Source: Actinomycetes bacterium (GTDB taxonomy: Bacteria > Actinomycetota > Actinomycetes > Prado026). Taken from it: a stretch of DNA of 64,000 nt. Shown one piece after another: positions 59,019 through 64,000 of the stretch. Every line of letters begins with the position of its first letter. Within the stretch, counting starts at the first letter, position 1. The stretch lies in contig JBBSAJ010000003.1 of NCBI GenBank assembly GCA_038252405.1, positions 72,381 through 136,380 on the forward strand. The letters are read 5' to 3'. The position numbers and the translations under genes were made by a program. The notes below the pieces were generated by a model. The model worked only from the letters and a program-made list of their open reading frames with translations. It searched no databases and was not told the origin of the DNA.

Positions 59019-59795
59019 TCAGCCCTCGGGCCGGCCGGTCGCCACCGCGGGCGGCAGGCCCGGCAGGATGCTCCCGGCCGGCACCTCCGCCGCCGGAGCC
59101 GTCGGACGCCGCCGCATCGTCACGACCAGCAGCCCGCCCATCAGCGCGAGACCGGCCACCAGTCCGCCGACGGCCAGCCACCTCCCTGCCGACGACGCCG
59201 GCGTGGCGCTCGCCACGGCCCGCAGGGCGATCTTCTCCCCGGCCTTCGGCGTCCAGGTGACCGTGCGGCCGTCCACCACGCCGTTCGCGCTCAGCACGTC
59301 ACCGGGGAAGGTCAGCCGCACCCGCAGCTGCGGGCTGGCGCCGAGGGCGGTCAGGTCGATCGGCGCAGCCGAGGCACCGCTGCCCCCGGAACTGGCCGCC
59401 GAGGTCCCTCCGGCGGTGGACATGTCCAGCGTGCCGCTGACCCAGAACGTGTCGCCGTCCCGGGTGATCGACAGGTCGTTGCCGTTGGAGCCGGACTGGA
59501 ACTGGGTGATCGGCACCCCGCTGAAGTTCATCTGGGTGCCCACGTAGGTGCCGTCGTCGTACGGCTTTTGGCTGACGCGGCCCTGCGCGGGCTGGGTCGT
59601 CGTGCCCTGGTTCAACAAGTCGCTGAGGTTCCCCCCGGCCATCCCCTGGAGCTTCTTGTCGACGGCGAGGACGACCGCGCCGTCGACCGTGTTGTCCGCC
59701 TGGACCGCCAGGTTCATGTCGAGCTTCACGCATCCCGACAGGACCAGCGCCAGCCCGGCCACGACCGCAATCCGCAGAATCCGCATCTTCCGCAT
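59019..59795 (-). CDS. LppM/DUF3153-like lipoprotein
   Basis: Lipobox VLSGC followed by VKLDMNLAV; TFPGDV..ANG; C-terminal TM helix. Confidence 0.78.
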   Translation of the reverse strand: MRKMRILRIAVVAGLALVLSGCVKLDMNLAVQADNTVDGAVVLAVDKKLQGMAGGNLSDLLNQGTTTQPAQGRVSQKPYDDGTYVGTQMNFSGVPITQFQSGSNGNDLSITRDGDTFWVSGTLDMSTAGGTSAASSGGSGASAAPIDLTALGASPQLRVRLTFPGDVLSANGVVDGRTVTWTPKAGEKIALRAVASATPASSAGRWLAVGGLVAGLALMGGLLVVTMRRRPTAPAAEVPAGSILPGLPPAVATGRPEG

Positions 59796-59863
59796 GGTCA
59801 GGACATCGGCAGCCGGGGGCCGAGGCTCAAGCACTCCCGGCGGCGGGGGCAGGATGGAGGGCC

Positions 59864-64000
<4,137 letters not shown>

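Overview
High-GC actinobacterial chromosome segment. The right two thirds carry the conserved backbone nrdJ-nrdR-LysM(ChiZ/YneA-like)-lexA ... dinG ... hflX ... dapF-miaA ... miaB ... recX-recA-DUF3046-lhr, with recognisable NrdR boxes, LexA boxes and a RecA-NDp (PafBC-type) promoter motif. Inserted between lexA and dinG is a cyclic-nucleotide cluster: a soluble-adenylyl-cyclase-like tandem cyclase-STAND-TPR protein, a Cys-rich secreted beta-sandwich protein, a stand-alone cNMP-binding protein and an MFS-cNMP-patatin fusion. The left third is accessory and partly decayed. It holds a complete IS110/IS1111-type element with a long 3' non-coding end (candidate bridge/seek RNA), a LuxR-STAND pseudogene broken by a heptamer repeat, an FTCD gene, a RES/Xre-type toxin-antitoxin pair and several gene remnants. 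An orphan TGT-terminated, transposon-end-like repeat array directly abuts the nrdJ stop codon. No rRNA, tRNA or CRISPR array was seen. All product calls come from motif recognition by eye, with no database search, and start codons were chosen manually.
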